NCBI GenBank assembly: GCA_964188305.1
Contig: OZ076886.1
Source of the DNA: Podarcis bocagei
Taxonomy: Eukaryota
Length of the DNA stretch: 64,000 bases
Reading direction: 5' to 3' (one strand)
Shown: positions 1 through 12,275 of the stretch, piece by piece
How positions within the stretch are numbered: the first letter of the stretch is position 1
How the letters are laid out: every line of letters starts with the position of its first letter
Notes under the pieces: model-generated
Seen by the model: only the letters and a program-made list of their open reading frames with translations
Database searches by the model: none
What the model was told of the DNA's origin: nothing
Program-made: the position numbers and the translations under genes

Positions 1-1176
1 TTTAAATACTGAATAGAGGATTGTCTGTAATTTGATCTTTTAAAACTGGGAAATAACCCTTTTACTGGCCTACTAGTGAGACCCTCATTTTGATATTTGT
101 CTTGAATGTCTCTTTTGCAACTCAATTTACATTTGAAGCAATCTGGAAATGAACACATACATTTACCAGCAATACATTTCACACATTATACTGGACTCCC
201 CCCAATGCACAACTTTGCTAATTACATTTTATCTTGTAACTAACTGAAGAGAAAGCCAGTTACTTGTTCACCATAAAGTATTTGTTCCCTTGTGTTCTTT
301 CAGCTGCATTTGCAATTAAATTCAGCATATGCATCATGATACATTTTTTCTGTTTCCTATAGTATTGAAAAGAGCCTTAAGACTTAAAATATTGTACACT
401 GTATTTAATTCTCAGGCAAGGTTACCCCCACCCGTAGGTTTTACCTTATAGTAATTGTTTTCCCTGCAGCATAATATAAATTAACTTTTAATGCTATCAT
501 ACATAGGATTTAACATTCTTATGGATACTGGTTTCAGATCATTGACATTTATAAACATGCATCTATTGGCATCCAAATGACTTATTTATGTATGATTTCA
601 AAATCAAGGGAAAGCCTGGAAATTGCAAGAAGTTCACAAAATTAAAATACTTTTCAACTTTATTTTTGTTTTGAAGTTTGTTTAAATTTACCTGAAAATA
701 GTGAGTTTCATACATCAACACATTTCCTGCAGAAAGCTACATAGATAAATTGCCATAAAAATGCTTTTAAATGGAAAAACACTTGGGAATAAGGCAATTG
801 CAAAAAAAGAGAGACACAAAAGAAAATTGTTTCATTCTGTAGAGTTCAGGGTGTTTTTTTTCTTTCCTCCTCCTTCTTCTTAAATTGCCTTAACCATAAT
901 TTCCCCCTCCTGGAGAACATTCTTCAGGCAAATAACTTATGATTTAATGTTCTACATTTTTTGTCTTAGTGAGTAAATGCAGTTTTAAATCTGTACACTG
1001 TATTATGAGTGGTTCTTGCTTTAAGGAGCCACAATCTTCAAGGTGGCTTATTTAAATGGGAACAAATCCTGCTTTTGTTTACTAATTTTTGTGCATTTAG
1101 GCTTTTCTTTTTATTGCAGTTAAAAATACTGATGGCTTTTGTTCATGCAATAATAAGGTGCTTTGTATTTTTATAG

Positions 1177-1285
1177 TCTCTGCTGCTCCTATCTTACCTC
1201 ATAAGGAATGGATCAGAGCGTGTTGTTACAAGTGCCAGAGAACACATTTATGATTTGCGATCCCTGGAAAATTACCACTTTGTAG
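1177..1285 (+). CDS. CLINT1: CLINT1 coding exon (ENTH domain; about exon 4): SLLLLSYLIRNGSERVVTSAREHIYDLRSLENYHFV
   Basis: ttatag| acceptor and |gtgag donor; 109 bp, phase 0 to 1; manual translation matches the epsinR ENTH sequence; missing from the ORF track. Confidence 0.96.
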
Positions 1286-2164
1286 GTGAGCGATAGAAAA
1301 ATCTTATAAGCAAATTAAAACAGTAGTTGGAGTTGTCAGTCACCTGAACCAGCTTAGAAGCTTCCCTGCTCTAATTAGAATGTGACTGTTGCCGGTTGTG
1401 TGAAGAGTGCAGAATTCAAGACGTGGGACCCTAGAGTATTAATTAGTGAAGACAAGAACTTGCAGAAAAGACTGGCTAATAACAACAGAACCAACACAAC
1501 ATGAGTGTTCGGGTTTATATTAAAATATGCACTAGAGACTGGTCCCCTGTGGTGTGTGTAAAGGAATAGCTTTAATCATATGGGAAGAAAAGGTTAGAGC
1601 TCCAAAACATACACATCTGTTTGAAGCTGGGGGTTTTCCCCCTCCCACCAAATAATATTTACAGTGGAAAGGCAGCAAGGCCAGTGTGTGTTCTGAATAA
1701 GAAAGAGGCTTAGAGAAGTGAAGCAAATTTTAGTTTGTAGTGCACTCGGCCTGACAGCATTTTTAAAATACAGTTTTGAAGCAAGACAGAAATATAGCAA
1801 TTAGTATTTTGAAGAAAAACTGCCTTCCCAAAAAGGTTGAGAGAGGAGGTTGCTTTAAATGGGTTAAAATTGGCAGAAGATGTGTTTCTGTTTTTGAATT
1901 TTTTTTAACTAATATTTTTAGTAGATCAGTAGCATTTAAGAAGCTTTCTCAGTTGACATTGTTTTCAAATGCTATCCCTTAGATTAAGATGAAATTTTGG
2001 TTATAAAAAACTGTACTGTTCACTCATTACAGAGAATTGCTTTGGAATACCATAACCTTAAAATATTTTGTGTTCTTTTTATATCTATTTTTTTTTCAGG
2101 GTACTTAATGCTTGAGGTTAACTGCTTCTACTAAATTGCTTCTTTTTTATATACGCTCACACAG

Positions 2165-2329
2165 ATGAGAATGGCAAAGACCAAGGTATAAATATACGTC
2201 AGAAGGTGAAAGAAATGGTAGAATTTGCCCAGGACGATGATAGACTTCGTGAAGAGAGGAAAAAGGCAAAGAAAAACAAAGATAAATACATTGGGGTTTC
2301 TTCAGACAGTGTTGGAGGATTCAGATACA
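2165..2329 (+). CDS. CLINT1: CLINT1 exon (end of ENTH): DENGKDQGINIRQKVKEMVEFAQDDDRLREERKKAKKNKDKYIGVSSDSVGGFRY
   Basis: acag| ... |gtgagt; 165 bp, phase 1 to 1; overlaps ORF 2206..2427. Confidence 0.97.
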
Positions 2330-2865
2330 GTGAGTACAGCACTGTAATCAGTAGTTGGCATATTGCAACGTTAGCTTGGTTTTGTGGATATGCTATAATA
2401 AATATATGTTCTTTAAAAAATATATGAGTGCCGTCACCAATCTACATAGGTGTCATTATCTGAAGGAAGTAGACCTGCATATGGCTGAGCAGCGAGGGGA
2501 GATTAGCAAATTAAATTAACAGCCTTTCCTTCAGATTGTAGAAGATGGAGAAAAGGGGAAGCAGGACTGCCCTATCAGCTTTACTGAGAGACTAGCTCCT
2601 TCCAGCTCCTCTCTATGAACTGTTTGCACCAAAACGGGTCCTTACTGGAACTTTGCAACGTTAAGAAGCAGTGCGTGGGTTTATGTTTTTCCTCCTTTCG
2701 CCCAATCTGATTCTTTTTGTGTTGTGTCTTTTTGGATTATCAGCCCAAGGGCAGGGGCTGTCTTGCTTTTATTGCTCTGAAAGCTTTTTCAGTGAGGAGG
2801 GAAGTAAAAAAGTTACACACAGAGAGAAGTAACCTTAGTTCATAACATAGAGGAGACGGTAAGTA

Positions 2866-3091
2866 CCTATTTTTCCGTGTACAAGACACCCCTATGTATA
2901 AGACGACCCCAATTTTTTTGAACCCAAAATTAAATCAGTATTTTTAGGTTGCCAAAGTTGTTCAGCTTTGGGGGGGCAATAGCACTCAAGGTTGTTGATC
3001 GCCCCGCCAAAAAACCGTGTATGAGGCAACCCCCCCATTTTTGAGTCAAAAAATGGAAGGGAAAAATCGTCTTATACACAGAAAAATACAG
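2866..3091. mobile_element. Tc2-like (TcMar) non-autonomous MITE
   Basis: TA-flanked imperfect TIRs cctatttttccgtgtacaagac ... gtcttatacacagaaaaatacag. Confidence 0.75.
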
Positions 3092-4097
3092 TATATACTG
3101 GAAGAGGTTTGCATTAAGATTCCTTACAAAATCCCTACAGTTGGCAAGATAAGGATAAGCTTATTGGATTCTCTGGCAACGCAGATTGTTTGTATACAAA
3201 CAGTGATTAGCTTCGGACTCTCCTAACAGTTGCTACTGCTGTCAAGTGTTTTGGACTGCAAACAAAGCTGTCTTCTCCCACCCCACTCTACTCAAGGGAC
3301 CACTTCTCCATTATGCTCTCCTATGTGGCTCAGATGTCTCTGCGAATAAGACAATTACGTAGGCAAGCTGGCCATGTGGATCTTTCCTATTTGTTGTTGT
3401 GACACATATGCACATACACATACTTTGTAGCACATGGGGTTGCACCAGGGGGAATACTTTTTTCAGGGCAAAGTGTGGGGAGGGGGAGTGTAAAAGGGTC
3501 TAGAATTATTCAGCGTTGTGTGTGGAACAATATTGATCTCGAAACGGCAGATAATGTTTGTCTAACATTATAAGGCAACACTTTTGAACTAGTTTCCCCT
3601 GAGGCCTGATTCTTATATTTACCATTGCAGCATGAGAGCTGCCTCTGTGTGGGCCAGACCCATCTCCAAAAAGCTCATGCTCCAACCACAATGAACCAGA
3701 GTGACAGATTATGTTGAAAGTCTTTGGCTGTGGGAAGAAGAACCCATTGGAATCCTTCCTTATCTTGTAAAAACCCAATATAGCATATTTGAATAGAGTA
3801 TTTGAGTTACAGGTGTCTGTCTGTCTGCTAGCCAGAAGTTGTGGGGATCTCCTCCCTGCAGTGAACTCCATCTCTTACAGAACAACTCGGTCCTTTCAAG
3901 GTAGCTGACCTGTAGAAGCTTGCTTATGCATATTCTGGGTTATACAACACATATTGCAATCCCATTTCTCTATAGGACTCTGATGCCATGGTACAGTGGG
4001 GGGAAATGCATAGAAATGTAAATGCATAGAAATTTTAGAAATGCATAGAAATTTAAAATCTACAATGGAATGTTTAAACAACAGGAAACCCAAAACG

Positions 4098-4459
4098 ATA
4101 ATAATAATAAATAATAAATTATTATTTATACCCCGCCCATCTAGCTGGGTTTCCCCAGCCACTCTGGGCGGCTTCCAACCAAATATTAAAAACAATACAG
4201 CATCAGACTTTAGAAACTTCCCTAAACAGGGCCGCCTTCAGTTGTCTTTGAGAAGTAAAATAGTTGTTTATTGCCTTGACATCTGCTGGGAGGGCATTCC
4301 ACAGGGCAGGTGCCACTACCAAGAAGGCCCTCTGCCTAGTTCCCTGTAACCTCACTTATCGCAGTGAGGGAACCGCCAGAAGATCCTCAGCGCTGGACCT
4401 CAGTGTCTGGGCTGGATAATGGGATGGAGATGCTCCTTCAGGCGGACAGGACTGAGGCC
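4098..4459 (-). mobile_element. L2 LINE 3' fragment with (TAA)n tail
   Basis: Reverse-complement similar to 44921-45185 (agggcattccacagggcaggtgccactacc...aggccctctg); microsatellite tail. Confidence 0.75.
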
Positions 4460-4649
4460 TTGCACCTGGGATAAATTTGAGCAGAGTAAGGCTGTTCAGC
4501 TAGTTGAAAATACAATAATTTCAAATAGCTGGGCAAATAAAACGTCTTAAACTGGAACTATAAAGGATACAGAGGGGGACTGAGACTTGACGTGCCACCT
4601 CAGAAGCATCCCTCTCTTTCGTACATGCATAATATCATTCTTCTATAAA

Positions 4650-4770
4650 GGGAACATAGCTTGGGGATGTCCTGCTGTTGGGCTTTTCTTGGGCATCTGG
4701 TTGGCCACTGTGAGAAGAGGATGACAGACTAGATGGGTCACTGGCTTGCGCCAGGAACTTCTTATATTCT
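4650..4770 (+). mobile_element. Degenerate CR1-type 3' end
   Basis: gggcatctggttggccactgtgaga...gactagatggg...ttcttatattct; related sequence at about 42750-42900. Confidence 0.5.
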
Positions 4771-5063
4771 ACCATGCATAAAGAGGTTTCCCACTTATGT
4801 GAATGGCATAGCCTTGCACCTGGGATTCCTAATGTGCTTTGAAGCAGCTGGGTTGTGGCTTGCTCATGTATATAAACTAGAGTGGGGTTTGCATATGTGT
4901 TATCAGGGTGAACTCACTGTATGCACCATCACGGTTAGGAGGACGATACTCCTGATTTGAGTGGGTCACACTGTGCAGGATAGTCCTCCTAAGAAGTTAG
5001 GTAGGTGGATGTCATGAATCAAATTGGCTCAGATAATGGGAGCATTAACACAGAAGGTGAAAC

Positions 5064-5200
5064 AGAGAATCATAGAGTTGGAAAGGACCGCAAGAGTCAT
5101 CTAGTCCAACCCCTGCAATGCAGGAATCTTTTTGTCCGGTGTGGGGTTCAAACACACAGCCCTAAGGTTAAGAGTCTCATTCTCTACCGACTGAGATATC
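5064..5200 (-). mobile_element. tRNA-Lys(CTT)-derived SINE with CR1 3' tail
   Basis: Minus strand: tctcagtcggtagagaatgagactcttaa... head, then gattcctgcattgcaggggttggactagatga...tccaactctatgattct. Confidence 0.85.
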
Positions 5201-5226
5201 TCACTAAGATGCCCAATCTGTATTTA

Positions 5227-5817
5227 CTGTATTTTTCGCACCATAACACGCACCTTGTTTTAGAGGGGGGAGAACAAGAAAAAAAAATCTCCCCCTCTCT
5301 GCCCAGCGCCCCTTCAGTGAAGCGGCAGGAGGCGCTGCACAGAGAGGGGGAGAATTTCCCCCCTCTTGTTTTCCCGCTCTAAAACAAGGTGCCGTTTAAG
5401 GTGCGTTCAGGCGGCTACCTTGGAAGCCTGGAGAGCGAGAGGGGTCGGTGTGCACTGACCCCTCTCGCTCTCCAGGCTTCAGGTTCCTTTCGACCTGCTC
5501 TTTGCGGCTGGTGGGGGGAAGCCCACCACCAGCCCCAAAGAGCAGGTCAGGGAGCAGCAGAGAGGCTGCTGCCATAGTCGCGCGTCACCTCTCCAGCTGG
5601 GAGAGGAGCGCAGGGCTATGGCTTCTTTAGCCCCGCACGCGCTCTCCTAGCTGGAGAGGTGGCACTCGGCTAAAGAGGCTCCTGCCATAGCCGCGCGTCA
5701 CCTCTCCAGCTGGGAGAGGGTCGCGGGGCTATGGCGTCTTCGCTCCATAGGACGCACACACATTTCCCCTTCATTTTTGAAGGGGAAAAAGTGCGTCCTA
5801 TACAGCAGAAAATACGG
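5227..5817. mobile_element. Tc2-like MITE with internal palindromes
   Basis: TA|ctgtatttttcgc ... gcagaaaatacgg|TA; internal hairpin about 5250-5392 and duplicated GC-rich units. Confidence 0.8.
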
Positions 5818-6004
5818 TATGTGTCTGTAATATTCCTTTAGAATATTTGGTAGGCTAAGCCTCAGTTTTATTTAGGAATTCGATTAATGCTGGAGGCTTT
5901 GTAATTAGATAGTTTTAAAGCTTCAATATATTGGCTCTTATGGTACTTTTTAATAAAATGTGCACACAGAAGATAAATGGAAGATTAAAATTCGTTATGG
6001 AATT

Positions 6005-6079
6005 CATAGAATCATAGAATTTTAGAGTTGGAAAGGGTCCCGAGGGTCATCTAGTCCAGCTCTCTGTGGTGCAGGAATC
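6005..6079 (-). mobile_element. CR1/SINE 3' tail without a recognisable head
   Basis: catagaatcatagaat...gagttggaaaggg...gtcatctagtcca...gcaggaatc. Confidence 0.75.
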
Positions 6080-6817
6080 ATGCTAAGCTTTGCAAATGTG
6101 CTAGCAGTTTTATTGCTGCACCAGTTGAGACACTGTTTTAAGACAATTGAACAATGCTGCCGTCTCATACTCTTAGTTAGCAGCTAGTTGGGGATACTTG
6201 GTTCTCGGCATTGTGAAGCAAATTTTGTTTAGGTGGTAATTTTTTGGTGGCGATACAATGTTGAGAAATTAAAGAGTCCCTAGTAACGCATAAGGGGATA
6301 AGATGCTTCATTTTCCTTAATAGATTTAAAGAGCCTTTAAAATTGGTGATTGAGGCTAGACATATTGCCAGCTGTTTTCACACTTGTCTTGCAGGGTTTG
6401 GTACAACCTTCTGTATTCATGAGGTTTTGAAACATATACAGTCTCTGAAAGGTTTCCAGTTTTCTACGGCAGGCTGGCTAGAAAACAAATCAGGTTCATT
6501 TCTCACAAGTTGCTCATAAAACCAGGGTTCATTTCTTTAGGTGAGGGAAGCCTTTTAGCCTGCTCTTACAATGTCTGGTCTTATTCTGGAGTTCGATGCC
6601 TTGCCTTACAATTCGTCAACATCTTTTGAGTACATTTTGGACCAATTAACTGTTGGCATAACATGCTTACTCTTGGTAATAATATTGCTGCAGCATCATG
6701 AAAGTTTCTGTTTGCTTTGAAAACTGTTAAAGGTCTGTTGACAAGAATTAGTGGCATTTTTGGTTAAATCTCCCCTCACCCTTTTTAAAAAAATTACTAT
6801 CTACCTATATTATTTAG

Positions 6818-6995
6818 ATGAAAGATATGATACTGAGCCGAAGTCCAAGTGGGATGAAGAATGGGATAAAAACAAAGGCGGATTTCCATTCAGTGATAAG
6901 TTAGGTGAGCTGGGTGATAAAATCGGGAGCACAATTGATGACACCATCAGCAAGTTCCGGAGGAAAGACAGAGAGGATTCTCCAGAAAGATGCAG
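6818..6995 (+). CDS. CLINT1: CLINT1 exon: NERYDTEPKSKWDEEWDKNK...FRRKDREDSPERC
   Basis: tttag| ... ag|gtact; 178 bp, phase 1 to 2; within ORF 6751..7065. Confidence 0.96.
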
Positions 6996-9441
6996 GTACT
7001 TACTTATTTTTACATTGTTTTACATTGTTGCTGTATTGATTGTCCTTTTCATAACCTCTTTTTAGCTTTTGCCAGTTTCTTTCCTGTAATTGTGGGATAA
7101 GTTTGAAATCCTGAAAATGTTGGCTTTCATCTTTTAAGCGCTATAGTCCTTATAGCTATGGAAGAATAAGCTGAAAACATATGGGCTGGCTTCCCCGTGT
7201 GGTTTAAGCGTCTAAAAAAGGAATGGGTACCAGCGTGTATCAGGCTGTGATTTCTTCACTTAGCATTGTGCCACCTCTTCTTCAGGGCCCCATGCTGTTC
7301 TATAAATTAAATTTAAGCACACTCATAGCTTGGAAATTGGTAGACCGTTATCTAAACGAGAGGGTTCCTTCTGCCCATGGAAGAGCCTTTGACTTACAAA
7401 GGAATGGAGCAAGACATGTTTTGCCTGTTTATCCCTGCAAGTCCCTGCACCTCCTCCCATGTAGTTAGAGAGGGTCCCCCAACCATCTGCTATACATTAG
7501 GAGGAGTAAGAGGGAAATCAGCAAAAATAATCTTCCCTCCTTCCGTCAGTGTGAGCATTCCATGAGTACAATTCTGCATATGGAATTTTTACGGTAGATC
7601 CCACCCCTTTGTGCCCTAGAACACTTATTTTAGCCAATGAGAATAATAGTTAAGCACATGGTTGTAATTTTTTGTGTGTGAATTTTTATGTTCATAGCCT
7701 TGTAGGTTTTGTAGCACAGAATTTAAGATTTCCTTCTTGTAGGTAATTTGTTGGGAAAATCTAGTCTTTCAGTGGCCAAAGTACCAAGAAGAAATTTTGC
7801 TGAAAGCAGTGAAAATCTGGCTCTCTGAGTCAGCTAGAAGATCTGCAGCCTCCCTGGTAATCCAAGTTTTTAAGATGTCCAAGAGACCCTATAAATCATG
7901 AGAAATAGGCTTTAGTTTGGATTCTGTTGTCCTTCTATCTCTTTTACATGTGCATACCTCTACAGTTGGCACCATTATTTCAGTAATATGGGGTGTGACC
8001 ATTCCTTGCAGGCGGGCAGCTAAACATAAAGCAGGCAATATAGAACAATTTGAAGTGGACAACACATTACATGAGACATCCCAAATCTATGTAGCCCACA
8101 ACAATTGTAACTGCCTTCTGTAAAAATTGTTGAAGGAGTTTGCTATCCTACAATTGTAAGGCTAATCAGGGCCCTATTGAATAGTTTATTAAAATTCCAA
8201 TCATCTTGGCTTTCATTTAAAAAAAAAATCACTTTCAGATTGTTGTGTTTAGAAAAATGGCAAAAACTCTGGTGAAGTTTTCCGTAGAGAAGCTGTATGT
8301 TCTAACCCAGAAAGAGGCAATGCTTTCATTTGTCTCAACTGTAGTAGGGGTCTAATTTTGTCGCTAGCAGTGAAATGGAGTGAAGGAGTATCTTGGGTTT
8401 TTTAGATTATTAAGAGTGTATGAAGGAAAATAGCTACCTTTTTTGTTTTGATTGTGTCCAAGTCATAAAAGTTGAAAGATAGAACATTTTGCTACTTTCT
8501 CTTAGCCTAAAGAAATGGCTGCTTACTTTTCAGCTAACCTTTTCATAAAGTACAGTGGACACTTGTTTATGAGATCATTTAATGCCCTCTACATTAAAAG
8601 GAAAACATTTTGGAGGTTTTGCCTGCTGTGCAAACTCCAATAGTTGATCTGTTCAACAAGTGGATTGAACTTTATCGTCAGTAGATCAAACTGATACTTA
8701 ATAGTTTCTGATACTGCTGTGGAAGCCTTTACACAAATCTCATCTGGATGAGATTAAAGCAGTAGGAGCTTTCATATATTTAATATTTTTCACAACAGCA
8801 TGTTGGAAGAATAAAAAATTCATTAAGGTGCTAAAGTTGTACTTCTTTCCAGTGGTTTTTTTTTTTCTTTTTCTTTTGAAAGGTGAATTGATCTTGAGAG
8901 GGGAGTTTAGCAGTGTATTAAATGTTAAACCAGATGTATCAAATCAGACTAAATCTACAATATATTCCACTCTGTTCTGAATCTTTATATGATGTGTGGA
9001 GATTTTTAAATGGCAACACACACTATTATTTGGGCCCTTTTTCCTGTTTCCATGGCTATATTTTTGTTTCTCTAACAAAATATAAGAGACAGTGTATTTT
9101 CATTTTACATGGAAATTTTAGGAATATATTCTCACATGATGGATGTTTTTAGCCTTTATTTACTATAGCAGGGTATAGTACAAAGTGTGGGAGTAGAAAT
9201 AACTCCTCTTGTCTTCACTTCCCTCCCTCTCCACCCACAGAAAAAATGAACTTCATTCAGTTGAACATTTATTCAACATAATCTGAGAAAATTTTAACTA
9301 TGTTTTGTAAGCATTGTGCTTTTTTTAAAAAAGAACAAATTATAAAAGAAAATCAAGTTTTGAAAGAGCGCACAATTGATTTTTCTAAAGGATTTAAGAA
9401 TGAAGAAAAATATGAGTGTATAAACTTACTCTTTAGCAGTA

Positions 9442-10394
9442 CAGCGGTGCCTCGCAAGACGAAATTAATTCGTTCCGCAAGTTTTTTCTTCTTGCGAGTT
9501 TTTCGTCTTGCGAAGCACAGTTTCCCATAGGAATGCATTGAAAATCAATTAATGCGTTCCTATGGAAACCGCTTGCCAGGCTGGGGGTGCGGTGAAGGGC
9601 TTTTCTCCCCACCGCAAGCCTTCAGGACAGGTACGGGAACAGAGGGGAAGGGGCGCAGCGCTTCTCCTCTGTTCCCGGGGCTTGCGGTGGGAGGAGGGTT
9701 TTTCCTCCCCACCGCCAACATTCAGAACAGCATTCTGAATGTTGGCGGTGGGAAGGAAAACCCTCCTCCCACCGCAAGTCTTCAGGACAGCCATCCGAAG
9801 GCTGGCGTGGGGAGAAGGGCTTTCCGCCCCACCGCCAGCCTTCGGAGGAGCCTTCCGAAGGCTGGCGCGGGGAGAAGGGCTTTTCTCCCCACCGTCAGCC
9901 TTCGGAGGAGCCTTCCGAAGGCTGGCGTGGGGAGAAGGGCTTTCCGCCCCACTGCCAGCCTTCGGAGGAGCCTTCCGAAGGCTGGCGCGGGGAGAAGGGC
10001 TTTTCTCCCCACCGTCAGCCTTCGGAGGAGCCTTCCGAAGGCTGGCGTGGGGAGAAGGGCTTTCCGCCCCACCGCCAGCCTTCGGAGGAGCCTTCCGAAG
10101 GCTGGCGCGGGGAGAAGGGCTTTTCTCCCCACCGCCACCCTTCGGAGGAGCCTTCCAAAGGCTGGCGCGGGGAGAAGGGCTTTCCGCCCCACCGCCAGCC
10201 TTCGGAGGAGGTCCGAGGACAGTGGGGAAGAAGCGCTGCGTTTCCCCGCTGTCCCGGAGATTTCCCTATGGGCTTTCGTCTTGCGAAGGAAGCCCATAGG
10301 GAAATTCGTTTTGCGAAGCGCCTCCAAAACGGAAAACCCTTTCGTCTAGCGGGTTTTCCGTCTTGCGAGGCATTCGTCTTGCGGGGCACCACTG
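9442..10394. mobile_element. Tigger/pogo-like MITE with an internal palindromic tandem array
   Basis: TA|cagcggtgcctcgcaagacgaa ... ttcgtcttgcggggcaccactg|TA; same termini as 41872-42123. Confidence 0.9.
9771..10212. repeat. 60-bp GC-rich minisatellite, about 7 copies, with alternating A/B variants
   Basis: Unit ttcggaggagccttccgaaggctggcgYggggagaagggctttYcKccccaccgYcagcc is directly visible in successive 60-nt lines. Confidence 0.97.
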
Positions 10395-10729
10395 TATTGT
10401 AGGAAATAACCTCTAGGGAGTACCTAATCTCAGGCTAACAACCCACCACACAGTTTGCTAGGAAAAAACAGGGCAGACTAGAGAGATTCTAAGCACTGGA
10501 AAATGAGACAGAAGCTGGGGGAGTGCACTAAAGAGGAGCGAACAACAGCAGCTCTTCAAAATTCCAAGGATTATGACTGCTTGGTGTTCAAACAACTCAT
10601 CAGTCATAGCTCTGACTTCATTCATTGGCTAAAAACATTGAAAAGTGGGAGCAGCCAGGCTGACTCTTCTCACAGAAATAACTTAGAAGCATCCTTGTAC
10701 ATTTTCCTTCACAATTTTCTTTCTAGAGA

Positions 10730-11130
10730 TTTTATTTTTTTAATGGCAACTCGGAGCTGGCTCTGGGACTGGTACATCAGTACCCATCTCTCAGTGATCC
10801 CAGCTCTGCCTTTGGAAGTTGGGGTATTGGTGACTAGAGGCAGGGCCTTTTCAGTGATGGCATCCTAGCATTGAAATACCCTCAGTTGCTCACTGTTGAT
10901 CTAGGTGCAGGTCAAGTCTGTTTTATTAGCATGATATTTTAATGAATGCCAATTTTAGGGGTTTGGGGGCTATCTGCTTTTAATTTTCTTCTCTTTTCAT
11001 ATCAGTATTGTATTGGTTGTATTTGGTAATGATTTGATTATGTCATTAATTTGCTTTCATATGACTTCATACTCTGCCTTGGGAAAGATTTCTGAATTTA
11101 CAGATGGGACAGGAATGAATAAGTAAAACC
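10730..11130 (+). mobile_element. Old L2 3' fragment
   Basis: ggcagggccttttcagtgatggcatcc...tgaaataccctc followed by a T-rich tail region. Confidence 0.5.
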
Positions 11131-12244
11131 ATTACATGGGCAGCAAACCCAGAAACACTTGTTCCGTTATTTCTTCACCTCATTGGGGCGTGCGTTTCTG
11201 CGCAAACCCTCTTGAAAGGAAGAGAGTGTGCTCTGCAGCAGTGCTTGGCGAATTTATTCCCTCTACACTTGGTTGGGGCTGTTAGGCCCCCTTATTACTT
11301 TGCATCTGTAATCTCTGTTGGAATAGAAAATGAAATGCTGGGTATTTATGTTCACTGATCTTAATGAATTAAATGACCTTTGCTGGCAAGCAGATAATAT
11401 GCTGAGATGCAGTGGGAGGCATAACTAAGTAATAATAATAATGGGCAAAGCCTGAGCCATTGTTAGTGGAGAACAAAGGCTACCCCACAGAGCATACTGC
11501 AGTTTGTGTTACCTCCATGCTGACAACAAGACAGCCTTTCTGAAATTAGGTGACTCAGTGCTCTATTGCTTATTGAAACAGAGAAACCTTTCACAGTTAT
11601 ATTTCAAGTTACATTTGCATGTGTTATTCAACAGTGCATCTTGCCCTGTACCAATTGCATACCTTAATAATGAAAAACATCATACAATGTAAAAACTGTT
11701 TACCTTCCAAATAAAAGTACAGCTGTGGGTAACTTAATTTTGCTGGAGGCTTAACCTGCCCCTCGCTGAAAACACTGGTCAAGTAATGACTTTTCAAAAC
11801 AATTTATAAAGTTGTGTATACGTAGGCCGAATGCAGTTTTAAGGCTCGTTCCTTGAAAACTATGATATACAAATCAGAAATCTGCCTCTGGTATGAATTT
11901 CCAAATTCCATTTCTTTGTTGGCCTCAACCATAGTATCTCTGCCAATACTAGCCTGGGTTCCTTCCTATCCTAACCATGGTTTCAAGTGCGTTTGCAAAC
12001 CCTGCTTAAGTTGGCATTAGCCTTAAAATTAGTTGCTGTTGATGTAAATGTATTGCTAAATCATGATGAAGGCTGATGACAGAAAGGAAAAGGAATTGCA
12101 CTGGAAGGTGGAAGATAAAGCCTGTTCTTCAGCTTGCAGGCCATGGTTTTGCAAGAAGCTGCTATCTGTGTCAGCTGTATGGAGGCAGACTTTGTGAGGT
12201 CTGCACAAACTTTATGAATATTGTAAATAGATAAATCTACACAG

Positions 12245-12275
<31 letters not shown>
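12245..12275. repeat. (ATTT)n microsatellite inside an inverted repeat
   Basis: Directly visible. Confidence 0.9.

Noticed and set aside
4004-4056. Three aaatgcatagaaat units
   Set aside because: Short AT-rich slippage repeat with no sign of function
5133-5200. tRNA-Lys gene (and tRNA-Asn at 39623-39692)
   Set aside because: Stems and B-box are degenerate and each is fused to a CR1 tail, so these are SINE heads
9552-10392. Long overlapping ORFs (up to 265 aa) on both strands, and a CRISPR-like look
   Set aside because: They arise from a GC-rich 60-bp (multiple of 3) tandem repeat inside a MITE; there are no unique spacers or cas genes, and the DNA is vertebrate
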